Source: Pseudolabrys sp.
Lineage (GTDB): Bacteria; Pseudomonadota; Alphaproteobacteria; Rhizobiales; Xanthobacteraceae
Assembly (NCBI RefSeq): GCF_050185995.1
Contig: NZ_JBFWYW010000005.1
Length of the DNA stretch: 64,000 bases
Strand: one strand, 5' to 3'
The position numbers and the translations under genes were made by a program. Under the pieces are notes generated by a model that had not been told where the DNA came from, searched no databases, and saw only the letters and a list, made by a program, of their open reading frames with translations. The number at the start of each line of letters is the position of its first letter. Positions within the stretch are counted from its first letter, which is position 1. Of the stretch, positions 42,881 through 54,994 are shown piece after piece.

Positions 42881-43636
42881 ATGACGGGATCGGTGCGTCC
42901 GCTGGTAGCGGGCAATTGGAAAATGAACGGCCTGCGTGGGTCGGCCGCGGTGCTTGAGAAGATCGTCGCGGGGGCCGCCGGCGTCGCGGCAAAGACCGAT
43001 CTGATGATCTGCCCGCCCGCGACGCTTGTGGCGGCCTTTGCACAGATCACCGCATCATCGGCGGTCGCAATCGGCGGCCAGGATTGCCATGCCGACGCCT
43101 CGGGCGCCTTCACCGGCGATATTTCCGCCGAGATGTTGAAGGACGCCGGCGCCACCGCCGTCATCGTCGGCCATTCGGAGCGCCGCACCTTGCACAAGGA
43201 GACTGACGCCGAGGTTGCCGCCAAGGCGCGGGCCGCCTGGCGCGCAGGGCTCACCGCGATTGTCTGCGTCGGCGAAACCCGGCAGGAGCGCGAAGCGGGC
43301 CGGGCGCTCGCCGTGGTTGGAGGGCAGTTGAGGGGCTCGCTGCCGGACGGCTGCACGGCGGAAAATCTGGTCGTCGCCTATGAGCCGGTCTGGGCGATCG
43401 GGACCGGGCTGACGCCGACCGCGGCTGACGTCGCCGAGATCCATGCCGCGATCCGGCAGGCGCTTGCCGCGCGCTTTGCCGCGGCGGGCGCAGGGATCCG
43501 CATCCTCTATGGCGGCTCGGTGAAGCCGGCGAATGCGCGCGAACTTCTGTCGGTAGCCGATGTCAACGGCGCGCTGGTCGGCGGGGCGAGCCTCAAGGCC
43601 GATGATTTTCTCGGTATCGCCGCAGCCTACGTCTGA
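42881..43636 (+). CDS. tpiA: Triosephosphate isomerase
   Basis: [32 protein letters not shown] and LVGGASL. Confidence 0.97.
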   Translation: MTGSVRPLVAGNWKMNGLRGSAAVLEKIVAGAAGVAAKTDLMICPPATLVAAFAQITASSAVAIGGQDCHADASGAFTGDISAEMLKDAGATAVIVGHSERRTLHKETDAEVAAKARAAWRAGLTAIVCVGETRQEREAGRALAVVGGQLRGSLPDGCTAENLVVAYEPVWAIGTGLTPTAADVAEIHAAIRQALAARFAAAGAGIRILYGGSVKPANARELLSVADVNGALVGGASLKADDFLGIAAAYV

Positions 43637-44064
43637 GGTTTAGCCCGTAACCCGCGCAACGTATCGGCATTCGGGCAGTAGCTTTCCCAGATCGTGTTGG
43701 CCGGATCGCGTCGCAAATCGCTGCGGCAATGTCGCCGGGAGTCGCACAGGGCGCATACCCGTTCGAGGTCTTGCATGACGGCTGGATGGCGGTACGCGAT
43801 CTCGGCGGGATCGAGACGCAATATCTCCATGCGTTTGAGTAACTGCGCGGACCCGTCGGCCCCCTTGGCCGAGACAGCGCGCAGATCGTGGACCGAAACT
43901 CCGAGATCCTGGGCGATCACGCTCAGTTCCTGCGGGGGAAGCTGCGCAAATTCCCGCTCGGCCGCGCAGGCGTCGTCGGAACGCCTGACCCAGTCGGCGA
44001 GTGCATCCAGCGCGGTCCGCAGCCGCGGATAGGCTTGTGCGGTGGCATTGGCCGTTTTGGGCAT
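43627..44064 (-). CDS. Cys-motif hypothetical protein (DUF6455-like)
   Basis: C-terminal CxxC-x5-C...YCPN pattern ([10 protein letters not shown]...YCPNA); overlaps the tpiA 3' end by 10 nt; start ATG 44064 or TTG 44076. Confidence 0.7.
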   Translation of the reverse strand: MPKTANATAQAYPRLRTALDALADWVRRSDDACAAEREFAQLPPQELSVIAQDLGVSVHDLRAVSAKGADGSAQLLKRMEILRLDPAEIAYRHPAVMQDLERVCALCDSRRHCRSDLRRDPANTIWESYCPNADTLRGLRAKPQT

Positions 44065-44121
44065 GAGACCCTCCAATCCGTTGATTTTTGAGGAAAATAG
44101 AGGGGTTCGGGGGTACGGTCT

Positions 44122-44135
44122 TTGTCCGCGATCAA
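44122..44135 (-). promoter_or_regulatory. Putative FNR/FixK-family box
   Basis: Minus strand TTGAT-CGCG-GACAA, 8/10 to TTGAT-N4-ATCAA. It is centred at -41.5 from a start predicted from the -10 TATTTT (44099-44094). Confidence 0.5.
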
Positions 44136-44264
44136 TGAAACCGCATATGGTGGAAATCGTCGGGCAGATCGTGTAGAGACCGCCGCGAATTCCTATATGT
44201 CGGAGAGCCGCCGCCCGGCCTGAGGGCCGGACCCGGCGATTTGGCCGACACGGAAGAAAAGCGC

Positions 44265-44666
44265 ATGCAGCAGGTTTTGATCGTTGTCCATTTGATGATT
44301 GTCCTGGCGCTGATCGGCGCCGTGCTGCTGCAGCGATCCGAAGGCGGTGGGCTCGGCATCGGCGGCGGCGGCGGATTCATGACGAACCGCGGTACCGCGA
44401 ACATGCTGACGCGCGCGACCGCCGTTCTGGCAGGCGTCTTCTTTGCGACGAGCCTCCTGCTGTCGATCCTCGCCGGCATGGACCGCAAGGCGACGTCGAT
44501 CATCCCGGGGGGGCAGCCGGCCCAGCAGGCGCCGACCGGACCGGTCGCCCCGCTCGGCGGCGGAAGCGGCGGCGGTGTGCTCGATCAGCTCAGGCAGCAG
44601 AGTGCGCCGGCGGCGCCCTCCGGACAGCCGGCGCCGTCCGGCCCGCAAGTGCCGCAATCGCAGTAA
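44265..44666 (+). CDS. secG: Preprotein translocase subunit SecG
   Basis: LIGAVLLQRSEGGGLG and LTRATAVLAGVFF; tpiA-secG-pyrG synteny. Confidence 0.94.
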   Translation: MQQVLIVVHLMIVLALIGAVLLQRSEGGGLGIGGGGGFMTNRGTANMLTRATAVLAGVFFATSLLLSILAGMDRKATSIIPGGQPAQQAPTGPVAPLGGGSGGGVLDQLRQQSAPAAPSGQPAPSGPQVPQSQ

Positions 44667-44678
44667 CAGGTTTCAACG

Positions 44679-44706
44679 AAGGGCCGGGGTTCCGGCCCTT
44701 TGGCAT
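44679..44706 (+). terminator. Terminator-like hairpin after secG
   Basis: AAGGGCCGG-ggtt-CCGGCCCTT, followed by a broken U-rich tail. Confidence 0.65.
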
Positions 44707-44867
44707 TTTGGCGTCACGCATTGCGCGTGAGTGGAGTGAAAAACATCGTGGGAAAAAATCGCGCGTCGGTAAAAAGGATTGAAAGCGATGCATCCATGCG
44801 CGATGCGTGTGGACAGGCGATCTGCCCTGCGTTTTTCACGCTCGTCGAATCGAACCCGGAAGGCTAA

Positions 44868-46508
<1,641 letters not shown>

Positions 46509-46696
46509 CGCGCGGCTACCGGCCGTATCCTCGTTCTCTCCATTTCAATGCAAATGTTGTCGAAAGTTACGCCGCGGTGATTGTCGCGGCCTTTACTGTT
46601 TCGACAATTGATTTGCCTCGCTCTTAACTTGAATCGGCATGGCGTTGGCGGCCCGATAGCTGCGTGCAATCTGCACGCAAACTCATGGGGATACCA

Positions 46697-46918
46697 ATGC
46701 GTCAAGTTCTGCTTGCCGGCGCCGCGTTCGCGGTGGCCGGTTTCGTCGCGGTCGCTCCCGCGCATGCGGCCGGCATGGCCTACGAGATGGGCGGGCCTGT
46801 CAAAAACGGAAAGATGTGCCAGGTGACGACCGGCGGCGACGGATATTACGGCTACTGGCGTGCCTGTCCGGCTCCCGCCAAGGTCGCGCACATGAAGAAG
46901 AAAAAGGCAAAATCCTGA
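46697..46918 (+). CDS. Small secreted protein (73 aa; signal peptide, 2 Cys, Lys-rich tail)
   Basis: SD GGGGA 46687-46691. MRQVLLAGAAFAVAGFVAVAPAHA ends in an AHA cleavage motif; host-like codon usage; followed by a terminator. Confidence 0.78.
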   Translation: MRQVLLAGAAFAVAGFVAVAPAHAAGMAYEMGGPVKNGKMCQVTTGGDGYYGYWRACPAPAKVAHMKKKKAKS

Positions 46919-46964
46919 ACGATCGCGCGCGCCGGAAGTCTTGCCGGCTTTGCAATCATGAATG

Positions 46965-47007
46965 AAGGCCGCAGGTCGGGTGCTTTTGGCGCCTTCTGCG
47001 GCCTTTT
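46965..47007 (+). terminator. Terminator-like hairpin after the small secreted gene
   Basis: AAGGCCGCAG (46965-46974) pairs with CTGCGGCCTT (46996-47005), followed by TT. Confidence 0.55.
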
Positions 47008-47062
47008 CTGCCCGAGGGTCGTAGCGATTGAACATCGCCGTGCTGTGCCCTAACAATCGCGG

Positions 47063-47938
47063 ATGGCACGACATCCGGCACGCGGCCTCGATCATATCGT
47101 CCATGCCGTTCGCGATCTCGACGCGGCGGCCGAGTTGTACCGCCGGATGGGGTTCACCGTCGGCGCGCGCAACAAGCATCCCTGGGGCACGCACAATTAC
47201 ATCGTGCAGATGCCCAACTTCTTTATCGAAGTGCTGACGCTCGGCGAACCGGACAAGCTCGGCGATGACGGGTTCTCGCGACTCTTCGGCGCGTTCCATC
47301 GCGATTTTCTCGCGCGCGGCGAGGGCTTCTCGCTGCTCGTTCTGGAATCGGCGGACGCCAAGGCCGACGAAGCTGCGTTTCGCGAAGCCGGCATTGCGCA
47401 ATCCGAAGCGATGCGGTTCGAGCGCGAGGGCAAGCGGCCGGACGGCTCGGCGGTGAAGGTCGCGTTCTCGCTCGTCTTCGCCGCCGACCGCTACGCGCCG
47501 GACAATCACTTCTGCGTCTGCCAGCAGCACTATCCGGAGAACTTCTGGAATCCGGCATTTCAGACTCATGCCAACGGCGTGACCGGCGTCGCCGGTGTCG
47601 TGTTGAGTGCCGAGCGCCCCGGCGATCATGCGCGTTTCCTGTCGGCCTATGCCGGCGTCGCGGAACTCAAAGGCGAAGGCGCGACCGTCGCCGCCGACAC
47701 GCCGCGCGGCAGCATCGCTGTCATGACCCCGTCAGATTACCGCGACGAATTCGGCGTGGCGGCGCCTCCGGTCAAGCAGGGCGGGCGTCTCGCCGCGCTG
47801 CGGCTTGCAGTCGACGACCTCGCCAGGACACGCGCCACGGTGGCGGCCGGCGGCGTCGGCTTTACGACGACGGCGGACCGCGTCGTCGTCACCCCCGAAT
47901 CCGCGCTGGGCGCGACGATCGTTTTCGAGCAGGCCTGA
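47063..47938 (+). CDS. VOC/glyoxalase-like family protein
   Basis: LDHIVHAVRDLD...GFTV...HPWGTHN...FIEVL and HANGVTGV motifs. Confidence 0.82.
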   Translation: MARHPARGLDHIVHAVRDLDAAAELYRRMGFTVGARNKHPWGTHNYIVQMPNFFIEVLTLGEPDKLGDDGFSRLFGAFHRDFLARGEGFSLLVLESADAKADEAAFREAGIAQSEAMRFEREGKRPDGSAVKVAFSLVFAADRYAPDNHFCVCQQHYPENFWNPAFQTHANGVTGVAGVVLSAERPGDHARFLSAYAGVAELKGEGATVAADTPRGSIAVMTPSDYRDEFGVAAPPVKQGGRLAALRLAVDDLARTRATVAAGGVGFTTTADRVVVTPESALGATIVFEQA

Positions 47939-48024
47939 CAGGAAGCCGCGTAATATCGGCCATCCCGGATCGGACGTTGACCGCGCGCGTGTCCGGCAGC
48001 ATGGTCCAAAGGATGGGCTTTCCC

Positions 48025-48870
48025 GTGAACGCTGCCGCCAAGATGCCAAATCCGGTTGTCGCCGTTGGGCCGGTGAAGTTCGGCAACGGCTTACCGCTCG
48101 CCGTCATCGCCGGACCGTGCCAGCTCGAAAGCCGGGTGCATGCGCTGGAGATGGCGAGTGCGCTCAAGGAGATCGCGGGCCGCCTCAAGGTCGGCCTCGT
48201 CTTCAAGACCTCGTTCGACAAGGCGAACCGCACCAGTGCGTCGAGTGCACGCGGGATCGGGATTGACGCCGCGCTGCCGATCTTCGCCGAGATTCGCGAC
48301 AGCCTCGGGCTTCCGGTGCTGACCGATGTGCACGAGGCTGAACAGTGCGCGCGCGCCGCGCAGGCGGTCGATGTGCTGCAGATCCCGGCCTTCCTGTGCC
48401 GGCAGACCGATCTCCTGGTCGCGGCGGCGAAAACCGGCCGCGTGGTCAACGTCAAGAAGGGTCAGTTCCTCGCGCCGTGGGACATGACAAACGTCGCTGC
48501 CAAGATCGTCGGCGCTGGAAATAACAATGTATTGGTGACGGAGCGCGGCGTCTCGTTCGGCTACAACACGCTGGTGTCGGACATGCGTGCGCTGCCGATC
48601 CTCGCGCGCTCGACCGGAGCGCCGGTGATTTTCGACGCGACACATTCCGTGCAGCAGCCGGGCGGCAAGGGCACCTCGTCGGGCGGCGAGCGCGAGTTCG
48701 TGCCGGTGCTGGCGCGCGCCGCGGTCGCGGTCGGCGTCGCCGGCGTCTTCATCGAGACTCATCAGGACCCCGACAAGGCGCCGTCCGACGGTCCCAATAT
48801 GTTGCCGCTGAAGGACATGGAGCCGCTGCTGCAGCGGCTGATCGCATTCGACCGGCTGGCGAAAGCCTGA
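48025..48870 (+). CDS. kdsA: KDO8P synthase
   Basis: IAGPCQLES, KTSFDKANRTS, QIPAFLCRQTD, NVKKGQF, FDATHSVQQPGG and APSDGP; start approximate. Confidence 0.96.
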   Translation: MNAAAKMPNPVVAVGPVKFGNGLPLAVIAGPCQLESRVHALEMASALKEIAGRLKVGLVFKTSFDKANRTSASSARGIGIDAALPIFAEIRDSLGLPVLTDVHEAEQCARAAQAVDVLQIPAFLCRQTDLLVAAAKTGRVVNVKKGQFLAPWDMTNVAAKIVGAGNNNVLVTERGVSFGYNTLVSDMRALPILARSTGAPVIFDATHSVQQPGGKGTSSGGEREFVPVLARAAVAVGVAGVFIETHQDPDKAPSDGPNMLPLKDMEPLLQRLIAFDRLAKA

Positions 48871-48898
48871 CTTTCGTCGCTGCTAACCGAAACGTCCC

Positions 48899-50059
48899 AT
48901 GAACCGCAATCGCGTTCTGACGATTCTCGCCTTCGTGTCGCTGTGCGGCTCGATGTTCATGCGGTCGTTCGACCCGATCATCCCCGACATCGCCGAAGGC
49001 CTCCATGTGTTGCCCTCCACGGCGGCGCTGTTGTCGACCGCCTTCGCGCTGCCTTTCGCGTTGGTCCAGCCGGTGCTCGGCGCGCTGGCCGACATGTTCA
49101 GCAAGCCGTTGCTGATGCTGATCTGCCTCGGCTTGCTGTCGGTCGCGACCCTGGCCGGCTCGCTGGTCGACAATTTCGAGTTGCTGCTCATCACCCGCAT
49201 GATCGCTGGCATCGGCTCGGGCGGCCTGGTGCCGATCGCGTTCGCCTTTGTCGGCGATCTCGTTCCGGTGCAGGACCGTCAGGTCGCGATGGGCCGGCTG
49301 CTGTTTGCGATCATGACCGGCAATCTGCTCGGCGCGACCGGCGCGGGTGTCGTCGCCGACCTGTTCGGCTGGCGTGAGGTGTTCACCGCGATGTCGGTGC
49401 TCGGCTTCGTTATTCTCGTCGTGGCGTTCTTCGGCTTTCGCGGCCTCGGCAGCAAGGGCGGCGGATTCGATCTGTCGCAAACCTTGCCGAACTACCGCGC
49501 GATCTTCCGCAATCCGCTGGCGAAATTCTGCTTCATCACGGTCGTGGTCGAGGCGATGTTCATGTACGGGCTGTTCCCGCATCTCGCCTCGCTGCTGCAG
49601 AACGTGGGCGAAGCGCGAGCCTCGATCGCCGGCATCATCATCGCCGGTTTTGGACTTGGCGGGGCGATCTACAGCCTGCGCGTCGCCTGGCTGCTCAAGC
49701 GTCTCGGCGAGCGCTGGATGATGCGTCTCGGCGGCATCGTCATGGGAGCCTGCATCGCCTTCGTTGCGGTCCGGCCGCTATGGCCGGTGCAGGTCGTCGA
49801 CTTCATGGCGCTCGGCCTTGCCTTCTACATGCTGCACGCGGTGGTCCAGATCTACGCGAGCGAGCTGGCGCCTGCCGCGCGCGGTTCGGCGATGGCGCTG
49901 CATTCGTTCTTCTTCTTCATGGGGCAGGCGGTCGGGCCGGTGTTTTACAAATACGGCTTCGCTCATGTCGGCATCGCGCCGGTCCTGTGCTTTGCCGGCG
50001 TCATGCTGGCGCTGACCGGCCTGATGTGCGGCCACTATCTTCGGCGTGGCGCCACGTAG
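48899..50059 (+). CDS. MFS transporter (12 TM), substrate unknown
   Basis: Twelve hydrophobic segments, GALADMFSK (motif A-like) and ARGSAMALH. Confidence 0.85.
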   Translation: MNRNRVLTILAFVSLCGSMFMRSFDPIIPDIAEGLHVLPSTAALLSTAFALPFALVQPVLGALADMFSKPLLMLICLGLLSVATLAGSLVDNFELLLITRMIAGIGSGGLVPIAFAFVGDLVPVQDRQVAMGRLLFAIMTGNLLGATGAGVVADLFGWREVFTAMSVLGFVILVVAFFGFRGLGSKGGGFDLSQTLPNYRAIFRNPLAKFCFITVVVEAMFMYGLFPHLASLLQNVGEARASIAGIIIAGFGLGGAIYSLRVAWLLKRLGERWMMRLGGIVMGACIAFVAVRPLWPVQVVDFMALGLAFYMLHAVVQIYASELAPAARGSAMALHSFFFFMGQAVGPVFYKYGFAHVGIAPVLCFAGVMLALTGLMCGHYLRRGAT

Positions 50060-50063
50060 AGCG

Positions 50064-50552
50064 TTAGCCGCGGCCGCGATAGGGCGCGACACCCTGATCG
50101 GGCAGCCAGACGCCGGCCGGGGCCTTGCCGGTTTGCCAGAACACATCGATCGGCATGCCGCCGCGCGGATACCAGTAGCCGCCGATGCGCAGCCATTTCG
50201 GCTTGAGGAGAGCGGCGAGCGTCTTGCCGATCTTGACCGTGCAGTCCTCGTGGAACGCGCCGTGGTTGCGGAAACTCGCGAGATAGAGCTTCAACGACTT
50301 CGACTCGACCAGCCACTGGGTCGGCACATAGTCGATGACGAGATGCGCGAAATCCGGCTGGCCGGTGATCGGGCAGAGCGTGGTGAATTCCGGCGCGGTG
50401 AAGCGGACGAGATAATTCGTGCCGCGATGCGGGTTCGCCACGCGATCGAGCCGCGCTGCGGCGGGCGAGGCGGGCACCGGCGCCGGCCTGCCGAGTTGCA
50501 GCGGCTTGCCGGCGGGCTTTCGGGTGGACTTGCTGGTCGTGCGTTTGGCCAT
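50064..50552 (-). CDS. queF: PreQ0 reductase (short type)
   Basis: [31 protein letters not shown] and WYPRGGMPI. Confidence 0.95.
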   Translation of the reverse strand: MAKRTTSKSTRKPAGKPLQLGRPAPVPASPAAARLDRVANPHRGTNYLVRFTAPEFTTLCPITGQPDFAHLVIDYVPTQWLVESKSLKLYLASFRNHGAFHEDCTVKIGKTLAALLKPKWLRIGGYWYPRGGMPIDVFWQTGKAPAGVWLPDQGVAPYRGRG

Positions 50553-50618
50553 GATGGCGCAGACCATAGCCGAAGAATCCGGCGTCGTCAGGCTCGCCCC
50601 GGCATCCCCTTTGCCTGA

Positions 50619-51965
<1,347 letters not shown>

Positions 51966-51978
51966 CGCGGTCTATTCA

Positions 51979-51994
51979 TTAAACCGAATTTAAC
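51979..51994 (+). promoter_or_regulatory. CtrA-binding site upstream of ftsB
   Basis: Exact TTAA-N7-TTAAC (TTAA ACCGAAT TTAAC), ending 22 nt before the ftsB ATG. Confidence 0.75.
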
Positions 51995-52016
51995 GGCCCT
52001 GCGGCATGGTGGCCGC

Positions 52017-52328
52017 ATGGTCACACACCGCCGGCGGCGAACCATCCTGACTGCGCTCGCGCTTTACACGCTGGCGGCGCTGCTGATCGGCTATTTCGGT
52101 GTCAACGCCTTCACCGGCAAGCGCGGCTTGCGGGCGCAGCACCTTCTCGAGCAGCAGACCGACACCATGACCGCGGAACTCGGCCGCCTGAAGGCCGAGC
52201 GGCAATACTGGCAGAAGCGGGTGGCGCTCCTGCGCTCCAGCCAGATCGACCCCGACATGCTCGACGAACGGGCCCGCGCGATGCTCGACTTCACCGACCC
52301 GCGTGACGTCGTGATGTGGCGGCGCTGA
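52017..52328 (+). CDS. ftsB: Septum formation initiator FtsB/DivIC
   Basis: Single TM segment, YFGVNAFTGKRGL, coiled coil, DPDMLDERARAML; located after eno. Confidence 0.88.
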   Translation: MVTHRRRRTILTALALYTLAALLIGYFGVNAFTGKRGLRAQHLLEQQTDTMTAELGRLKAERQYWQKRVALLRSSQIDPDMLDERARAMLDFTDPRDVVMWRR

Positions 52329-52537
52329 CCCCGTGCCTGCCGGGCCGGCGCCTGCCGGTCCCACCACCGAAGCGACATTTTCGAACAATAAAAAACGCTG
52401 GCCCGACAAATTGTTGCGCCGGGTCTTGCGTCAATGTGGATGGCATCCATGCGGCCGTTTGAACTATCTTGAGCGACCGAACTGGGTTATGGGATTCTCC
52501 ATCTGGTTACGTCTGTCGTTTCAGTCTAGGGAGCGTC

Positions 52538-53566
52538 ATGGCCACGCCCAAAAACAAAGCCGGTGAAAAGCCGGCCGGGCCGGGAGGAAATTCGGGGACT
52601 GTTCCGGATTTCACCAAGGAACAGGATCTGGCCGCTTATCGCGACATGCTCGTCATCCGGCGCTTCGAGGAGAAGGCCGGGCAGATGTACGGCATGGGGC
52701 TGATCGGCGGCTTCTGCCATCTTTATATCGGCCAGGAAGCCGTCGTCGTCGGCATGCAGCTCGCGCTGAAGGACGGCGATCAGGTGATCACCGGCTATCG
52801 CGACCACGGCCACATGCTCGCCTGCGGCATGGACGCCAAGGGCGTGATGGCGGAACTGACCGGACGCCGCGGCGGCTATTCGCGCGGCAAGGGCGGCTCC
52901 ATGCATATGTTCTCCGTCGAAAAGGGTTTCTTCGGCGGACATGGCATCGTCGGCGCGCAGGTGCCGATCGGCACCGGTCTCGCCTTCGCGAGCAAATATC
53001 GCGACAAGGACAATGTCAGCGTCACCTATTTCGGTGACGGTGCGGCGAACCAGGGCCAGGTCTATGAGAGCTTCAACATGGCCGAGCTGTGGAAACTGCC
53101 GGTCATCTATGTGATCGAAAACAACCGCTACGCGATGGGCACGTCGCTCAATCGCGCCTCGGCGCAGACCGACCTGTCGAAGCGCGGCCTGTCGTTCAAC
53201 ATTCCCGGCGAGCAGGTCGACGGCATGGACGTGCGCGCGGTGAAGGCCGCCGCCGACAAGGCGGTCGCCTGGTGCCGCGCCGGCAAGGGTCCCTATATTC
53301 TCGAGATGCTGACCTACCGCTATCGCGGTCACTCGATGTCGGATCCGGCGAAGTACCGCACGCGCGAGGAGGTCGAGGAGGTGCGCTCGCACCACGATCC
53401 GATCGACATGGTCCGTCAGCGTATCCTCGAAAAGAAATGGATGAGCGAGGAGCAGTTGAAGAAGGTCGACGCCGAGGTGCGCGATCTCGTCAACGCGGCG
53501 TCGGAATTCGCCACCAACGATCCCGAGCCCGACGTGTCCGAACTCTACACCGACGTTTATCGCTAG
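52538..53566 (+). CDS. pdhA: Pyruvate dehydrogenase E1 alpha
   Basis: GFCHLYIGQEA, TPP motif GDGAANQG...ENN, and YRGHSMSDP; start moved to ATG 52538. Confidence 0.96.
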   Translation: MATPKNKAGEKPAGPGGNSGTVPDFTKEQDLAAYRDMLVIRRFEEKAGQMYGMGLIGGFCHLYIGQEAVVVGMQLALKDGDQVITGYRDHGHMLACGMDAKGVMAELTGRRGGYSRGKGGSMHMFSVEKGFFGGHGIVGAQVPIGTGLAFASKYRDKDNVSVTYFGDGAANQGQVYESFNMAELWKLPVIYVIENNRYAMGTSLNRASAQTDLSKRGLSFNIPGEQVDGMDVRAVKAAADKAVAWCRAGKGPYILEMLTYRYRGHSMSDPAKYRTREEVEEVRSHHDPIDMVRQRILEKKWMSEEQLKKVDAEVRDLVNAASEFATNDPEPDVSELYTDVYR

Positions 53567-53578
53567 GCGCGCAGTCCC

Positions 53579-54988
53579 ATGCCAACAGAAGTTCTCATGC
53601 CGGCGCTGTCGCCCACGATGGAAAAGGGCAACCTCGCCAAGTGGCATAAAAAGGAAGGCGACGCGGTGAAATCCGGCGACGTGATCGCCGAGATCGAGAC
53701 CGACAAGGCCACGATGGAGTTCGAGGCGACCGAGGAAGGCACGCTCGGCAAGATCCTCATTCCGGAAGGCACCGCCGACGTCGCCGTCAACACGCCGATT
53801 GCGGTCATTCTCGCCGACGGCGAGAGCAAAGACGCGATTGTCGCAGCGCCCGTAGCCGCGAAAGCCGCCGCCGCTGCAAAGCCCGCTGAAAAACCCCAAG
53901 CTGACAAAGCTGCCGCCGCAAAACCGGCGGCTTCTGCGTCTTCGGCGGCGCCCGCTGCGCCGGCAACACAGGCTCCGAACGATCCCGACGTGCCGGAAGG
54001 CACCGAGATGGTCACCATGACCATGCGCGAGGCGCTCCGTGACGCGATGGCCGAGGAGATGCGCCGCGACAAGGACGTCTTCGTGATGGGCGAAGAGGTC
54101 GCCGAATATCAGGGCGCCTACAAGGTCACGCAGGGTCTGTTGCAGGAATTTGGCGACAAGCGCGTGATCGACACGCCGATCACCGAGCACGGCTTTGCAG
54201 GTTTGGGTGTCGGCGCGGCACTGGCGGGCCTCAAGCCCGTCGTCGAATTCATGACCTTCAACTTCGCCATGCAGGCGATCGACCAGATCATCAATTCGGC
54301 GGCGAAGACACTCTATATGTCGGGCGGTCAGATGGGCTGCTCGATCGTGTTCCGCGGCCCGAACGGCGCGGCCGCGCGCGTCGCCGCCCAGCACAGCCAG
54401 GATTACTCGGCGTGGTACTCCCACGTTCCGGGCCTCAAGGTGGTCGCGCCATCGAACCCGGCCGACGCCAAGGGCCTGCTCAAGGCCGCGATCCGCGATC
54501 CCAATCCGGTCGTGTTCCTCGAAAACGAGATTCTCTACGGCCAGTCCGGCCCGGTGCCGAAGCTTGACGATCACGTTCTGCCGATCGGCAAGGCGCGCAT
54601 CGCGCGCGCCGGTTCGCACGTCACCATCGTCGCATGGTCGATGGGCATGAGCTACGCGCTCAAGGCCGCCGAGCAACTGGCGGGCGAGGGCATCGAGGCC
54701 GAGGTGATCGATCTGCGCACGCTGCGTCCGCTCGACAGCGCGACGGTGATCGAGTCGGTGAAGAAGACGGGCCGCTGCGTCACCGTGGAAGAAGGCTGGA
54801 AGCAGTCGGGCGTCGGCGCCGAGATCGCCGCCCGCGTGATGGAAGAGGCGTTCGATTATCTCGATGCGCCGGTCGCACGCGTCGCCGGCAAGGACGTGCC
54901 GATGCCTTATGCCGCCAATCTCGAGAAGCTGGCGTTGCCGTCGGTGGACGATGTCGTCGAGGCGGCCAAGGCCGTCAGCTACCGGTAA
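53579..54988 (+). CDS. pdhB: Pyruvate dehydrogenase E1 beta with N-terminal lipoyl domain
   Basis: Lipoyl motif IETDKATME, Ala/Pro linker, DTPITEHG and VEFMTFNF. Confidence 0.96.
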   Translation: MPTEVLMPALSPTMEKGNLAKWHKKEGDAVKSGDVIAEIETDKATMEFEATEEGTLGKILIPEGTADVAVNTPIAVILADGESKDAIVAAPVAAKAAAAAKPAEKPQADKAAAAKPAASASSAAPAAPATQAPNDPDVPEGTEMVTMTMREALRDAMAEEMRRDKDVFVMGEEVAEYQGAYKVTQGLLQEFGDKRVIDTPITEHGFAGLGVGAALAGLKPVVEFMTFNFAMQAIDQIINSAAKTLYMSGGQMGCSIVFRGPNGAAARVAAQHSQDYSAWYSHVPGLKVVAPSNPADAKGLLKAAIRDPNPVVFLENEILYGQSGPVPKLDDHVLPIGKARIARAGSHVTIVAWSMGMSYALKAAEQLAGEGIEAEVIDLRTLRPLDSATVIESVKKTGRCVTVEEGWKQSGVGAEIAARVMEEAFDYLDAPVARVAGKDVPMPYAANLEKLALPSVDDVVEAAKAVSYR

Positions 54989-54994
54989 CGCGCC

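Noticed and set aside
53830-53975. A/T-ending codons and Ala/Pro/Lys repeats in the pdhB linker, and the APKxE repeats at about 55280-55430 in pdhC
   Set aside because: Ordinary low-complexity, fast-evolving linkers of 2-oxoacid dehydrogenase subunits.
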